Shown here one piece after another: positions 1-10,370 of a DNA stretch of 64,000 nucleotides (within the stretch, counting starts at the first letter, position 1; each line of letters opens with the position of its first letter). Origin of the DNA: an uncultured delta proteobacterium (GTDB lineage Bacteria; Bdellovibrionota; FAC87; UBA2466); contig CAVZSV010000004.1 in NCBI GenBank assembly GCA_963778115.1, forward strand, positions 1,632,001-1,696,000, read 5' to 3'. Under the pieces are notes generated by a model. That model made no database searches. It was not told where the DNA came from and saw only the letters and a program-made list of their open reading frames with translations. A program made the position numbers and the translations under genes.

Positions 1-230
1 ACGTTCCCCAATCCCTTTTTCGGGTCGAAGACCTCGATCTGGTATTGGGGATCACAGCATTGAAACTTGGGGGCGGTCGCATGGGTATTGAGCACACGGC
101 AGGATTTCCCGAACTGATTCAAAAAGTGGTAAAGGCCCATTTCGGCGCCCAGGCCGTCCCCATCAGGGAACACGTGAGTGGTGAGAATGAACCGAGAGTT
201 TTTTTTGATAAGTTCGACGACTTCGTTCAA
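1..230 (-). CDS. DHH-family phosphoesterase (NrnA-like oligoribonuclease/pAp phosphatase), N-terminal part, runs off the window
   Basis: Manual translation from TTG at 230: LNEVVELIKKNSRFILTTHVFPDGDGLGAEMGL..., containing DHH motif I (THxxPDGD). GGAAAGG RBS upstream. Not in the ORF track. Confidence 0.85.
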   Translation of the reverse strand, partial: MNEVVELIKKNSRFILTTHVFPDGDGLGAEMGLYHFLNQFGKSCRVLNTHATAPKFQCCDPQYQIEVFDPKKGLGN

Positions 231-322
231 TGGGAAACCTTTCCTAGATCAATGACGGTTTCATTATATCAAAGGCGGCCGCTCTGGACAGTTCGCCCGA
301 AGTGGATCTACAGTGGGCAGAC

Positions 323-1144
323 ATGGATAAACTTATCATTACAGTCGCCGTGACTGGCGCCGAACTAGACAAGAAGAAAGTCCCCTTTCTCCCCACCACT
401 CCTGAGGAGCAGGCTCAAGCGGCCAAAGAGTGTGTGGATGCGGGAGCTTCGGTGATTCACCTGCACGTTCGTGACGACGCCGGACAACCCAGCCAGGAAT
501 TAGCGCATTTTAAGAGGGCCACCGAAAAGATCCGCTCGGTTTGCCAGACTAAGCCTCTTATTCAATTTTCCACTGGGGGGGCCGTTGGCGAAAAGATCGA
601 GCGCAGAATTGCCCCCTTAACGCTACGCCCCGAGATGGCGTCCTTTAACTTGGGGACGATCAACTTCGGGGAAGATATTTTTGTAAACACCTTTGCCGAA
701 ATGCGAAGCCTAGCGACCGCGTTGCGCGCCGAAAAGGTGGTTCCCGAATACGAGATTTATGATGCGGGGCACATCGATAACCTTAAGAAATTGGCTCGCG
801 AGGGAGTTATCGCCCCGCCTTACCATTGCCAGTTTGTCCTAGGAGTTCCTGGGGCGCTTTCCGGAGAGCTTCCTGGCCTTCTCTACCTGGTGGAACACTT
901 ACCAAAAGAGTCCTCTTGGGCTGTCGCGGGTATTGGAAAATACGAACTTCCCTTGGCGGTGCACTCCATTCTACTCGGAGGACATGTGCGGGTCGGATTG
1001 GAAGACAACATCTATTACGCGAAGGGTCAACTCGCCAAGAGTAACGCCCAACTCGTCGAGCGAATCGTTCGCCTGGCCAAAGAGTTGGGGCGCGAAATCG
1101 CTTCGCCTAGCGAAGCGCGTCAGATGTTGGGGATACTGAATTAG
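323..1144 (+). CDS. kce: 3-keto-5-aminohexanoate cleavage enzyme (BKACE/DUF849 family)
   Basis: KLIITVAVTGA, GASVIHLHVRD, STGG, RVGLEDN and SNAQLV motifs. Confidence 0.9.
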   Translation: MDKLIITVAVTGAELDKKKVPFLPTTPEEQAQAAKECVDAGASVIHLHVRDDAGQPSQELAHFKRATEKIRSVCQTKPLIQFSTGGAVGEKIERRIAPLTLRPEMASFNLGTINFGEDIFVNTFAEMRSLATALRAEKVVPEYEIYDAGHIDNLKKLAREGVIAPPYHCQFVLGVPGALSGELPGLLYLVEHLPKESSWAVAGIGKYELPLAVHSILLGGHVRVGLEDNIYYAKGQLAKSNAQLVERIVRLAKELGREIASPSEARQMLGILN

Positions 1145-1278
1145 ATTCTGCATATTCCAAATCCAGATTGCCGCATCGCTCCACTCCTCCCAACGACCGC
1201 AGGAGCGCAACGACGAAGCCATTGGATTCGGACTAGCATTTTCTTCACTTTTTCTCCTTTTTTACCGATAGCGGGATT

Positions 1279-2226
1279 ATGAGATCTCTGCCAAGACTGG
1301 GAACCGCTATTTTAAGCCTCTGCTTGATAGCCACCTCCGCCCATGCCGCTCGCCTATTGGGCAACGGTCCTCAAAGTGACGAGGTAATTGTTTCGCAATC
1401 ACCGCAGCACCCGTTCATTCGTTACGACAGAATCTGTTTTTACCGAGGAGAAAACGAAGTCGCCTGCGGCAACGTGGTGTCAGCCTCCCGTAGACAGGCT
1501 GTGGTTCAAGTCGATAGCCGCAAAGACATTGTCCGCGAAAAAAAACGTGATGCGGGTCAAGAGAGTTTCGTGGAATTAAATTTTGAAAAGGCCCGACTTC
1601 GAATGTCGGACCGCGTGGCTTTGGTCTCTCACGAAGATCCTCCCCCCGATGAGAGCGTATCTGAAGAGGTTATCTCCGGGTTAGAAAAACTAGAAGCGGA
1701 TGATAAGAGCAAAGAGCCCCGCAGTATTTCGGGGAAAGAAGATCTTTTGACAGAAATGGATCCGTCGATTCAGGAAACCCAAAACGGTAGTGACCGTCAT
1801 GCCAATATTACCGGTGGGCTTATGAATCTTTTCCCGGAGGTTCAATACCAAACCGCGATCAACAATCACTTCGCTCCCGGATTCATAGCAATGTATATGA
1901 ATTCATCCATGGGCAACGGAATGGTCAAGGGATTTGGAATGTATGGAACGGCTACTTACTACGACAAAGAGCCTTTTCAGGGGTGGTGGGCCCAAGCGGG
2001 ATTAGGAATTCTTTCGCTGAAAGGAAATGCCGATGCCACCCCGGTCAGTTTTTCTTCACTCGCCGTCCTTACCAATGCCGGTTGGCGTTGGAAGTGGAGT
2101 TCGGGATGGAACGTGGGCGTGGGAGCGGGATTTCAATTTTTGACGAACTCCCATCCTGCGAACAGTTCACTTTCGTTCTCTTCGGTACTTCCCACCCTCA
2201 ACGTCGATGTCGGGTTCAATTTCTAG
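1279..2226 (+). CDS. Secreted protein with a probable C-terminal outer-membrane beta-barrel
   Basis: Signal peptide (AHA), alternating aromatic beta-strands, terminal GFNF. Confidence 0.65.
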   Translation: MRSLPRLGTAILSLCLIATSAHAARLLGNGPQSDEVIVSQSPQHPFIRYDRICFYRGENEVACGNVVSASRRQAVVQVDSRKDIVREKKRDAGQESFVELNFEKARLRMSDRVALVSHEDPPPDESVSEEVISGLEKLEADDKSKEPRSISGKEDLLTEMDPSIQETQNGSDRHANITGGLMNLFPEVQYQTAINNHFAPGFIAMYMNSSMGNGMVKGFGMYGTATYYDKEPFQGWWAQAGLGILSLKGNADATPVSFSSLAVLTNAGWRWKWSSGWNVGVGAGFQFLTNSHPANSSLSFSSVLPTLNVDVGFNF

Positions 2227-2227
2227 C

Positions 2228-2653
2228 TTATTTCTTAGAAGCATCAACAAATCTAAGTCGAATCTCCGTCAGCAAACTCTCCATTAACTGAGTTTCGTCG
2301 GGGGTGAGATTTCCTTTGGTCTTTTGCTGAAGTACCGCTAAGAGTTCGATGTTCTGTCGGGCCAATTCCAAGTTCTTTGACTTCTTATTGGTCGCCGGAT
2401 CAGGGGCGAGCCCCATATTAATAAGAGCACCCGTCGCTAGGGAGAAAACAAAAGTGGAAAAATCGATCTGGTGGGGCTCTGAGGGAGCTTCTCCCTCTTT
2501 CATCGTAAACCCTTCCCCTTCCGTAGGAGATGTCTTAGCAGGAGCTTCTTTTGTTTTCTCTGCGTTGGCTTTTTCTGCGTTTGCGTTTTCTTTAGGGGCC
2601 CCTTCCGCCGAGTGGCGCTTGTCTACGATTTTGAAGTCTTCTTCAGGCACCAT
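2228..2653 (-). CDS. DUF1844 domain protein
   Basis: IDFSTFVFSL...ALINMGLAPDP...NLELARQNIELL..LQQKTKGNLT. GGAGG before the ATG at 2653. Confidence 0.85.
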   Translation of the reverse strand: MVPEEDFKIVDKRHSAEGAPKENANAEKANAEKTKEAPAKTSPTEGEGFTMKEGEAPSEPHQIDFSTFVFSLATGALINMGLAPDPATNKKSKNLELARQNIELLAVLQQKTKGNLTPDETQLMESLLTEIRLRFVDASKK

Positions 2654-2674
2654 AACTTCCTCCACTAAATTAAA

Positions 2675-3349
2675 CTACGCTTTCTCTGTTGCCGGTTTGT
2701 CTTGTGCAGGCGCTACAATCGCTGGAGCGGGTGCGGCAGCCGGTTTTGGAGCCGCTTTCGCCGCCTTGGCCTTAGCCTCGGCTTCTAACGTCTTAAGCTT
2801 CTTACGACGCTCCACGAGTTCACCATAATCTAAGGTGCTCACCGAAGGAACATCCGCCGGAACGGCGGGAAGTCGGTTTACCGAAGGGCCAGCGTCTTTG
2901 CGCCTCAGATAGACCTCTTTTACCTTGGCTAGATAGAAATTCTTAGCGACCACGAAGTTATCGATGGTTTTGAATTCAACGGTAACCACAGATTTTCTTC
3001 CCACCTGACCTTCGGTCAGCAGGTCCTTAAACTCCTGGGGGAGATCGACAAATTGGAGACAGGACTCTTTCTGGGGAGGTTCCCAACTGACTGAGAAGGC
3101 CCCCTCTTTGACAGCGCTCTCGGGGCTGTAGTGGCTAACTTTGATCCGATAAAAGGCCAAAGCAAATGCCTTGGAGTCCCATTGGACCCAAAATCCCAAG
3201 GTGCCGTCCTTGTCGCCCGAAGCAATCCCCACACGGGGCTTTGCTTTGTTCGTCCGAACGCCCAAAAGCGCTAGGATAACCGCATAGAGGCCCGCGAAGA
3301 GCCCCAGAGTCATGAAAACCGCTACGAATAAGCTGAGCCAAACTGACAT
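2675..3349 (-). CDS. Hypothetical membrane-anchored protein with Ala/Pro/Lys-rich tail
   Basis: N-terminal TM helix, 224-aa ORF, GAGG-type RBS. Confidence 0.7.
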   Translation of the reverse strand: MSVWLSLFVAVFMTLGLFAGLYAVILALLGVRTNKAKPRVGIASGDKDGTLGFWVQWDSKAFALAFYRIKVSHYSPESAVKEGAFSVSWEPPQKESCLQFVDLPQEFKDLLTEGQVGRKSVVTVEFKTIDNFVVAKNFYLAKVKEVYLRRKDAGPSVNRLPAVPADVPSVSTLDYGELVERRKKLKTLEAEAKAKAAKAAPKPAAAPAPAIVAPAQDKPATEKA

Positions 3350-3566
3350 GGTTGTTCCGCTCCCTCACAATGTCGAGTCAGAATCTCACGTTTTTATCAT
3401 TAGAATTCAAAGTTTGTCGAGGACTGTGCGGAGGGAGCCATTTGTCCTAGCCAAGGGATATGGTGGAGATTTGGTTGTAGAGGGGGCACAAAAACCGATA
3501 TATTACGTCTCTTATTGGAGATACCCTATTGGCAGTACTATTTCTTAATCCCCGCGAGGACGAACC

Positions 3567-4370
3567 GTGAAAAACCGAAAGACCGCACGTTTGACCAGGA
3601 TTTTATTATGTGGGCCTTTACTGGTTCTTATTTCTTTACACGGAGCGCTTTTAAACGCCGCAACCGATGACAGGCAGGCCGCGTCCAACTCCTCGAAGAA
3701 TTTGAGAGTGGCCTCTGCTCAGCCAGAGGGTCAGTCCAAGGCGCAAGCCGAAGGCCCTCAGGAAAGCCCCCTTAATTTCGGACTGGATATCGAGTTCAGC
3801 CCCACTTCCTATCCGAATTATTTATACACGCCCTCTTTTTCGACGCGAGGGAATGGTTATGAAATCCACGTGGGGTTTGAATGGTTCCTATTTAAGACGA
3901 CCGGAAAACTAGGCCTAGGCCTTGCTAGTGGCTTTTTCACCTATCCCAACGTGGGAGTCACAACCGATCAAAATGGAACGACCCAAGTAGCCACTCTTTA
4001 CACCATTCCGATTTCGGCTTACCTGAGCTACCGCTTTGACTACCAAAAGAAGGGAAAACAGATTGTGGTTCCCTTCGTGAAGTTTGGCCCCAATTACTCT
4101 TTGATCATCCAGCATTCCAATTTCAATAGCTATGTTCAATTGGCAAAAAGCGGAGTCGGAAGCTACGTGGGACTGGAATACGGCGGCGGACTCGAATTGT
4201 GTTTGAACTTTATCGAGCCCGCGACCGCGGCGGACTTGGATAGATCGACCGGTATCAATGCCACCTACCTCATCGTTGAATATATGCGATCGAGCGCTAT
4301 CTCCGGCGCCTCCTCGGGAAACGATCTTTCAGGCTATCAGATTCGAATGGGACTCAGATTTGAGATTTAA
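3567..4370 (+). CDS. Outer-membrane beta-barrel protein (MXAN_2562-like)
   Basis: Signal peptide; YRFDY...VVPFVKFG, DRSTGINATYL..EY, DLSG....GLRFEI terminus. Confidence 0.7.
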   Translation: MKNRKTARLTRILLCGPLLVLISLHGALLNAATDDRQAASNSSKNLRVASAQPEGQSKAQAEGPQESPLNFGLDIEFSPTSYPNYLYTPSFSTRGNGYEIHVGFEWFLFKTTGKLGLGLASGFFTYPNVGVTTDQNGTTQVATLYTIPISAYLSYRFDYQKKGKQIVVPFVKFGPNYSLIIQHSNFNSYVQLAKSGVGSYVGLEYGGGLELCLNFIEPATAADLDRSTGINATYLIVEYMRSSAISGASSGNDLSGYQIRMGLRFEI

Positions 4371-4625
4371 GGAGTGGGTGTCGCTAACACTCTCAAGCGG
4401 ATTGCCGCGAAGATTGTTCACCACGAAAAGAACACCTGCCGCCGCAAAAACAATTCCGATTACGAAGTTTAACGCATTGCTACCCAGATAGAGCTGGCCG
4501 CCCGGCTCCACCATCCGCGCTTTAATCATTCCGTTGGCCGTACGATAAACGATAACCACCCCGGAGATCACAAGGGTCGCGCCGAGGAGCATCATGACAA
4601 TATTTCCTAATTGAATGGGATGCAC
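4329..4625 (-). CDS. Small two-TM membrane protein
   Basis: Two hydrophobic helices in the 3' part of ORF 4329..4778. GTG at 4625 avoids overlap with the glycosyltransferase. Confidence 0.5.
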   Translation of the reverse strand: MHPIQLGNIVMMLLGATLVISGVVIVYRTANGMIKARMVEPGGQLYLGSNALNFVIGIVFAAAGVLFVVNNLRGNPLESVSDTHSLNLKSESHSNLIA

Positions 4626-4703
4626 CAAACACTTGTACCCGAACTTCACCGGAAGCGACAATACTTTTTGAAGGGCGCCACCCGCCCCATGGTAAAATGG
4701 CCT

Positions 4704-5900
4704 ATGCCATTTGCTCGCTTGAAACCTTCGGCTAGCTCTTCCAAGAAGTTTTTTGTCTTTGATACGCACCCTATCCAATACCGCTCTCCCGTCTTTCGCG
4801 CGCTAGCGGCGCGGATGCCCGGAATGAAAGTTTTTTACTTTTCCGATAAGTTCGATGGACGCAAATGGTGGTTCCACGAAGTCGGTAAAATTCCCGAACA
4901 GAATTGGAATTTAGATCTCACGACGGGGTTTCCGTCGGAGTCGTTAGGAGAACTTTCTACTGGAGCTTGGAAAAACTACCGGACGCTCTCAGCTTTACTA
5001 AAGAGAGAGAAGCCCGACGCCGTGCTGATTTACGGGTATTACCTTCCCCAGCACTGGATGCTGTGGTGGCTTTGTAAAAATTTAGACATTCCGCTTCTTT
5101 TTATTGGAGAGACGTTTTCGCGAGAAGGCGCAGGAGTCAGAAAATGGTTGAAAGGTGTCCTTCAGCCTCTTTTTTTTCGTGGAATCAAACACTTTGTTAG
5201 TATTGGTAGCCGAACGCAATCCTTCTACCTCTCTTTTGGTACCCCCCAATCAAAAATTACCTCAGCACACTATTGCGTAGACACTAAGTTTTTCGAGATG
5301 GATTCGGTCCAATCGCAAAGAGTTAGAACACAGGTTCGGGAGCGGTTAGGGATTGCAAAAGATGCTTTTGTCCTTCTTTTCGTAGGTAGACTTTTTGAGC
5401 GGAAACGTCCATGGGATATGGCGAAGATCCATAAAGGGCTCATCGAAAAACAAAATATCACCACCGTAATAGTCGGAAACGGCCCGTTAGAGCATGAAAT
5501 GAAAAAATTGGCGATGGAGACTACACAACTGCTCTGCGTAGGATTCAAGAATCAGGCGGAAACGCGAGACTTATACCATGCGGCGGATCTATTGCTCGTT
5601 CCTAGCGAATACGAAACGTGGGGGCTAGTCATCAACGAAGCTTTCGCAGCGGGACTCCCCGCTTTGGTAACTCCACAGTGCGGGGCCGCGGGAGATTTGG
5701 TGGTTGAAGGCGAGACAGGGTTTGTCTTTCCTATTGGGGATACCGCCGCAGCCGTTGAAAAGGTGCGGTGGTGTAAGGAGCATCCCGAAGAATATGCGGC
5801 GATGAGAGTTAAGGCAAAACAGATGGTGATTTCCGAGTTTGGAATTGAGCAGTTCGCTGAAGCGGTGGTTACTGCGGTAGAGATCGCAACTCAAGATTAG
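4704..5900 (+). CDS. Glycosyltransferase family 4 (GT-B)
   Basis: THPIQY, LFVGRL..RKRP, YHAADLLLVPSEYETWGLVINEAFAAGLP. Start uncertain. Confidence 0.9.
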   Translation: MPFARLKPSASSSKKFFVFDTHPIQYRSPVFRALAARMPGMKVFYFSDKFDGRKWWFHEVGKIPEQNWNLDLTTGFPSESLGELSTGAWKNYRTLSALLKREKPDAVLIYGYYLPQHWMLWWLCKNLDIPLLFIGETFSREGAGVRKWLKGVLQPLFFRGIKHFVSIGSRTQSFYLSFGTPQSKITSAHYCVDTKFFEMDSVQSQRVRTQVRERLGIAKDAFVLLFVGRLFERKRPWDMAKIHKGLIEKQNITTVIVGNGPLEHEMKKLAMETTQLLCVGFKNQAETRDLYHAADLLLVPSEYETWGLVINEAFAAGLPALVTPQCGAAGDLVVEGETGFVFPIGDTAAAVEKVRWCKEHPEEYAAMRVKAKQMVISEFGIEQFAEAVVTAVEIATQD

Positions 5901-5953
5901 CGTAAAGAATCACCAACCGGCTAGGCCAGATAAATTTGAATTTAAGTTTAAGT

Positions 5954-7066
5954 CTAAGTAATAGGCAAGGTGACCCGAATCGTCGTTCCTTCGGATTCGG
6001 TGGAGTTCAAAGACAACGCTCCCCCATGCCCCTCAATGATTAACCTGCACATCGCAAGGCCAAGCCCCAAGTTGCGATGGTGGTTAAGTTCGGCACCTGA
6101 AGTCACCAAAGGATTAAACGCCTCCATCGAAAGTACGGGCCCTTTTCGCCAGATACAGACCGAACCCGATTTGTCGCCAGACTCGACCCAGACTTGAATC
6201 TCTCCTTTGTCTGGGGCATTGCGGATCGCATCATCCGCCAATCGATTGAGTGCCAACTTCATCCGTTGCGGATCACAGTGAACGGTAACGTTTTCAACGG
6301 ACTTCAGTTTCACTTGAATATGCTTCTTGGAAGCTCCTTTCCGCCATTCCGCGACGAGTGCTTTCACTTCAGTCGCCAAGTCAAAAGGTTGTAAGTGAAA
6401 ATTCGGTTGCGACTCCAATTTCGTATAGGTGAGCACTTCAGCGACTATCTCTTTAAACCTGTCCGCTGCCGTCGTAATTCCTGATACCGCTTTTTGAACG
6501 TCTTCGCTTAACGTCTCCTTGGCGTCGTTGAGAAACCCAGCGAAAGATCCTAGTACCGTCAATGGCGTATTGAGTTCGTGAGAAATGAGAGAGAGAAAGC
6601 TCGCTTTTGCTTGATCTAGCAGTTTCAATTCCTGCAATGCCTTATTGAGTTCCTGATTACTCTCAGACAAGGCTTTATTCTTCGTTTCTAGTTCTTTCCG
6701 CAGTAAGTAAGCTTCGTCCGCTTGCCGCAAAGTAAGTCTTAAATCTTCAGGGTCCCAGGGCTTGGCGATGTATCGATAGATATTTCCCCGATTGATGGCG
6801 CCTATAATCGAATCCACGTCCGTATAACCCGTTAACAAAATCCGAATAGATGCCGGGGAAACGCTTTTTGCTTTCTCCAGCAATTCGACTCCCGACATTT
6901 CGGGCATTCGCTGGTCCGATATGATGACATGATACGTATTCTTTTGAATGAGTTTGACAGCATCAAAAGGGGAAGTCGTCGTTGTGACTTCGTACTGGTT
7001 GCGAACCAGCCGTTGTAACGCCTCTAAGTTGTCTCTTTCATCGTCGACGATGAGAATGGGGTGCAT
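5954..7066 (-). CDS. Hybrid response regulator / sensor histidine kinase
   Basis: REC domain (ILIVDDE, SDQRMP, KPWD), H-box ISHELNTPL, GLGLAMC G-box. Confidence 0.92.
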   Translation of the reverse strand: MHPILIVDDERDNLEALQRLVRNQYEVTTTTSPFDAVKLIQKNTYHVIISDQRMPEMSGVELLEKAKSVSPASIRILLTGYTDVDSIIGAINRGNIYRYIAKPWDPEDLRLTLRQADEAYLLRKELETKNKALSESNQELNKALQELKLLDQAKASFLSLISHELNTPLTVLGSFAGFLNDAKETLSEDVQKAVSGITTAADRFKEIVAEVLTYTKLESQPNFHLQPFDLATEVKALVAEWRKGASKKHIQVKLKSVENVTVHCDPQRMKLALNRLADDAIRNAPDKGEIQVWVESGDKSGSVCIWRKGPVLSMEAFNPLVTSGAELNHHRNLGLGLAMCRLIIEGHGGALSLNSTESEGTTIRVTLPIT

Positions 7067-7167
7067 TAGGGATCCTCATGGAACTTTTGTGGGAATTCAA
7101 TTAATGATATGCCGGTACTACTTGAGTTTCAAGGAACGCCGGCAAATGAGGGCCAAAGAGGATCAAA

Positions 7168-9111
7168 ATGACAAAGTCCACCAATATTGAAACGATTCTT
7201 AAGGAAAACAGGCACTTCGATCCCCCGGCCGAATTTGCCAAGAATGCGGTATGGGGGGATATCCCCGCCTTTGAAAGACTCAGAGCTCAGTCGCTAGTGA
7301 CGCCAGAAAACTTTTGGGAAGGGGCTGCCGAAGATCTCCACTGGTTTCGTCGCTGGGATAAAGTGTTGGACTGGCAACCTCCCTACGCCAAATGGTTTGT
7401 AGGGGCCGAAACGAACGCTTCGTTTAACTGTCTCGATCGCCACCTTAAGGCTGGTAGAGCCGGAAAGACAGCGCTGATTTGGGAAGGCGAAGACGGAACG
7501 GTCGAACGCTGGACCTACCAGCAACTTCACGATGATGTCTGCCAACTTGCTCACGTGCTTGAAAAAAATCTGAATTTGAAAAAGGGCGATACCGCCGCAA
7601 TCTATCTTCCCTTAAATCCCCAAGCCATTATCGCAATGCTCGCTTGCGCCAGAATCGGGGTCACCCACAGCGTAATCTTTGCCGGCTTTGCAAGCCATGC
7701 GATCCGCGATCGGGTAAACGACGCTAAGTGCAAAGTTATTCTTACGACTGATATCGGTTACCGTCGTGGCCAGCATCTAGATCTTAAGACCATCGTTGAA
7801 ACCGCTGTGGCGGAAACTCCTTCTATAACGGCCGTTGTCGTCTACCGCAGAAAGCCAGAGACAACACTCTGTGGACTTCAGCTTGACTGGCGTAAACTTT
7901 GCGAAGGTCAGCCCAAGACTCACACAGCCGCAGCCCTCGATGCCGAGCATCCCCTTTTTTTGCTGTACACCAGTGGAACGACCGGAAAACCCAAGGGAAT
8001 CATCCACACTACCGGAGGATACTTGGTTCACGTCGCTCGCACCACCAAGTGGATCTTTGATCTTAAGGATAACGACATTTATTGGTGTACCGCGGACATT
8101 GGTTGGGTAACGGGTCACAGCTATATCGTCTACGGACCTCTGTCTCAAGGAGCCACCTGTGTCATCTACGAAGGGGCTCTTAATTACCCTGATGCCGGCA
8201 GAATTTGGGATGTTATCGACCGGCACAAAGTAACGATTCTCTATACCGCTCCTACCGCCATCCGCGCTTTTATGAGGGCGGGCGATGATATCCCCCGCAA
8301 ATATTGCTTGGCGTCGCTTCGCTTATTGGGATCCGTGGGAGAGCCCATTAATCCCGAAGCCTGGATGTGGTACCACCGCGAGATAGGCCACTCTGGCTGC
8401 CCCATCGTCGATACCTGGTGGCAAACCGAAACCGGAGGAATTCTCATAGCTCCGATTCCCGGAGTGACTCCACTTAAGCCGGGCTCAGCGACTCGTCCGT
8501 TTCCCGGGATTCAAGCCGATATCGTAAATGAAGAAGGAAAGAGTTGCGCGGCTGGGGAGGGGGGCTATCTCGTCATTAAGCACCCGTGGCCGGGAATGCT
8601 TAGAGGAATCCACGGAAATCCCGAACGCTACGAACAGAGTTACTGGTCAAAATATCCCGGAATCTATTTTACGGGGGACGGAGCCCATAAAGATGAAGAC
8701 GGATTTTTCTGGATTAAAGGACGCGTCGATGACGTGTTGAACGTTTCAGGACATCGATTGGGCACCATGGAAATAGAAAGTGCCTTAGTGAGCCATCCCG
8801 CAGTGGCCGAGGCCGCTGCTGTCGGTCGCCCCGACGATCTGAAAGGACAAGCGGTGGTAGTGTTCGTGATTCCAAAAGATGGCACGGACCTCACTGAGAC
8901 CGAAAAGCTAAGAGAAGTCTTAAAAAAGCATGTGGTGAGTGAAATCGGCGCTATTGCAAGACCGGACGAAGTCTTTTTAACGAAGTCCCTTCCTAAGACG
9001 AGAAGTGGGAAGATTATGAGGCGAATTTTGAAGGACTTGGCGGAGGGGAAAAAGATTTCGGGAGATACGACAACACTGGAAAATCCGGGGTTGGTGGAAA
9101 TTATTAAGTAG
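7168..9111 (+). CDS. acs: Acetyl-CoA synthetase
   Basis: YTSGTTGKPKG, DTWWQTETGG, PKTRSGKIMRR. Confidence 0.97.
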   Translation: MTKSTNIETILKENRHFDPPAEFAKNAVWGDIPAFERLRAQSLVTPENFWEGAAEDLHWFRRWDKVLDWQPPYAKWFVGAETNASFNCLDRHLKAGRAGKTALIWEGEDGTVERWTYQQLHDDVCQLAHVLEKNLNLKKGDTAAIYLPLNPQAIIAMLACARIGVTHSVIFAGFASHAIRDRVNDAKCKVILTTDIGYRRGQHLDLKTIVETAVAETPSITAVVVYRRKPETTLCGLQLDWRKLCEGQPKTHTAAALDAEHPLFLLYTSGTTGKPKGIIHTTGGYLVHVARTTKWIFDLKDNDIYWCTADIGWVTGHSYIVYGPLSQGATCVIYEGALNYPDAGRIWDVIDRHKVTILYTAPTAIRAFMRAGDDIPRKYCLASLRLLGSVGEPINPEAWMWYHREIGHSGCPIVDTWWQTETGGILIAPIPGVTPLKPGSATRPFPGIQADIVNEEGKSCAAGEGGYLVIKHPWPGMLRGIHGNPERYEQSYWSKYPGIYFTGDGAHKDEDGFFWIKGRVDDVLNVSGHRLGTMEIESALVSHPAVAEAAAVGRPDDLKGQAVVVFVIPKDGTDLTETEKLREVLKKHVVSEIGAIARPDEVFLTKSLPKTRSGKIMRRILKDLAEGKKISGDTTTLENPGLVEIIK

Positions 9112-9141
9112 TTTTTGTCGGGCTTCCAGCCCGACAAAAAC
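9111..9141. terminator. Bidirectional intrinsic terminator between acs and dapL
   Basis: Perfect hairpin GTTTTTGTCGGGCT-TCC-AGCCCGACAAAAAC between convergent genes. Confidence 0.7.
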
Positions 9142-9182
9142 TATCCTGAGCGAAGCGAAGGATCTCGTCCATGCAAGTCCGC

Positions 9183-10370
9183 TTACACCGTCTTCAGATA
9201 CCGCTCAAATTTCCCCATCGCCTCTTCAATCTGCTTCGGCGGTAAAGTGAGTGCCAGACGGAAGAACCCTTCGCCTTCCCTTCCAAAACCGGATCCCGGA
9301 GTGACGACAAGCCCTTCCTTAGCGATGAGTTCTTTGGTGAGATCCATCGACTTCATGCCCTTGGGCACCTTTGCCCAAACGAAAAAGGTTGCTTTGGGAG
9401 CCAAGTACTCAATTTTCAGATTATCCAAAATTTTGAGCATCACATCGCGCCTGTCGGCGTAGACCTTTCGCACTTCCGGAATTAACGATTCCGCATTATC
9501 AAGCGCAAATGCTCCCGCCTCTTGAACGCTAAGCAAAGGACCAGAGTCCACATTGGTTTTGATCTTGAGCAGTCCCGACACCAGCTCGGGGTTTCCGACG
9601 GCAAAACCGATACGCCAGCCGGTCATATTGAACGTCTTTGACAGTGAGTGAAATTCGATCGCGGTATCTTTGGCGCCGCCGCACTCCAAAATGCTAGCGG
9701 GCTTGTCTTCTTCTTTGTAATAGATTTCGCTATAAGCGTTGTCGTAGGCCAAAATAACTTTGTGCTTTTTAGCCAAATAAACTATCTCGGCCAAAACATC
9801 TCGCGGACAGGTCGCCGAGGTCGGGTTGGCCGGAAAATTTAGCAACATATACCGAGGCTGGTGCACGACTAGCAACTCTTCCAGTCGATTGAGATCGGGA
9901 ACGAAATTTTTCTCAGCACTTAGCGGAATCGCTACTGCAGTGGCCCCCGCGAGCAAAATAGAGGTCTGAAAAACCGGATATCCCGGGGACGGATAGAGGG
10001 CTTTATCTCCGGGGTTACAGAACGCCAGAGGGAAATGGCCGATGCCTTCTTTCGAACCAATGAGCGCCACCACTTCTTTATCGGGATCCACCGTCACGCC
10101 AAAACGACGTTGCATGTAGTTTGCAGCGGCCACACGAAATAACGAAGAGCCTTCATAGGGAGAATACAGATGGTTCTCACCGCGAGAGATGGCCTCTTTC
10201 ATCTTTTCCACGATGGGCTTAGGAGTCGGTTGATCGGGATCTCCAATCGCAAGACTCATTAAACTCATTCCTCGCTTCTGCGCTTGCGCTTTAAGTATAT
10301 TGATCTCTGCGAACACGTAGGTGGGCAAATTCTTCACCCGGTTCGACAGTTGAATGAAATTAGAATTCAT
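9183..10370 (-). CDS. dapL: LL-diaminopimelate aminotransferase-type class I/II PLP enzyme
   Basis: LPTYVFAEI, IGDPDQPTP, LIGSKEGIGH, SLSKTFNMTGWRIG; last gene of the dap operon. Confidence 0.8.
   Translation of the reverse strand: MNSNFIQLSNRVKNLPTYVFAEINILKAQAQKRGMSLMSLAIGDPDQPTPKPIVEKMKEAISRGENHLYSPYEGSSLFRVAAANYMQRRFGVTVDPDKEVVALIGSKEGIGHFPLAFCNPGDKALYPSPGYPVFQTSILLAGATAVAIPLSAEKNFVPDLNRLEELLVVHQPRYMLLNFPANPTSATCPRDVLAEIVYLAKKHKVILAYDNAYSEIYYKEEDKPASILECGGAKDTAIEFHSLSKTFNMTGWRIGFAVGNPELVSGLLKIKTNVDSGPLLSVQEAGAFALDNAESLIPEVRKVYADRRDVMLKILDNLKIEYLAPKATFFVWAKVPKGMKSMDLTKELIAKEGLVVTPGSGFGREGEGFFRLALTLPPKQIEEAMGKFERYLKTV

Noticed and set aside
323..1144. Lysine fermentation cluster
   Set aside because: No kamA/kamDE/kdd/kal nearby; BKACE substrates vary.
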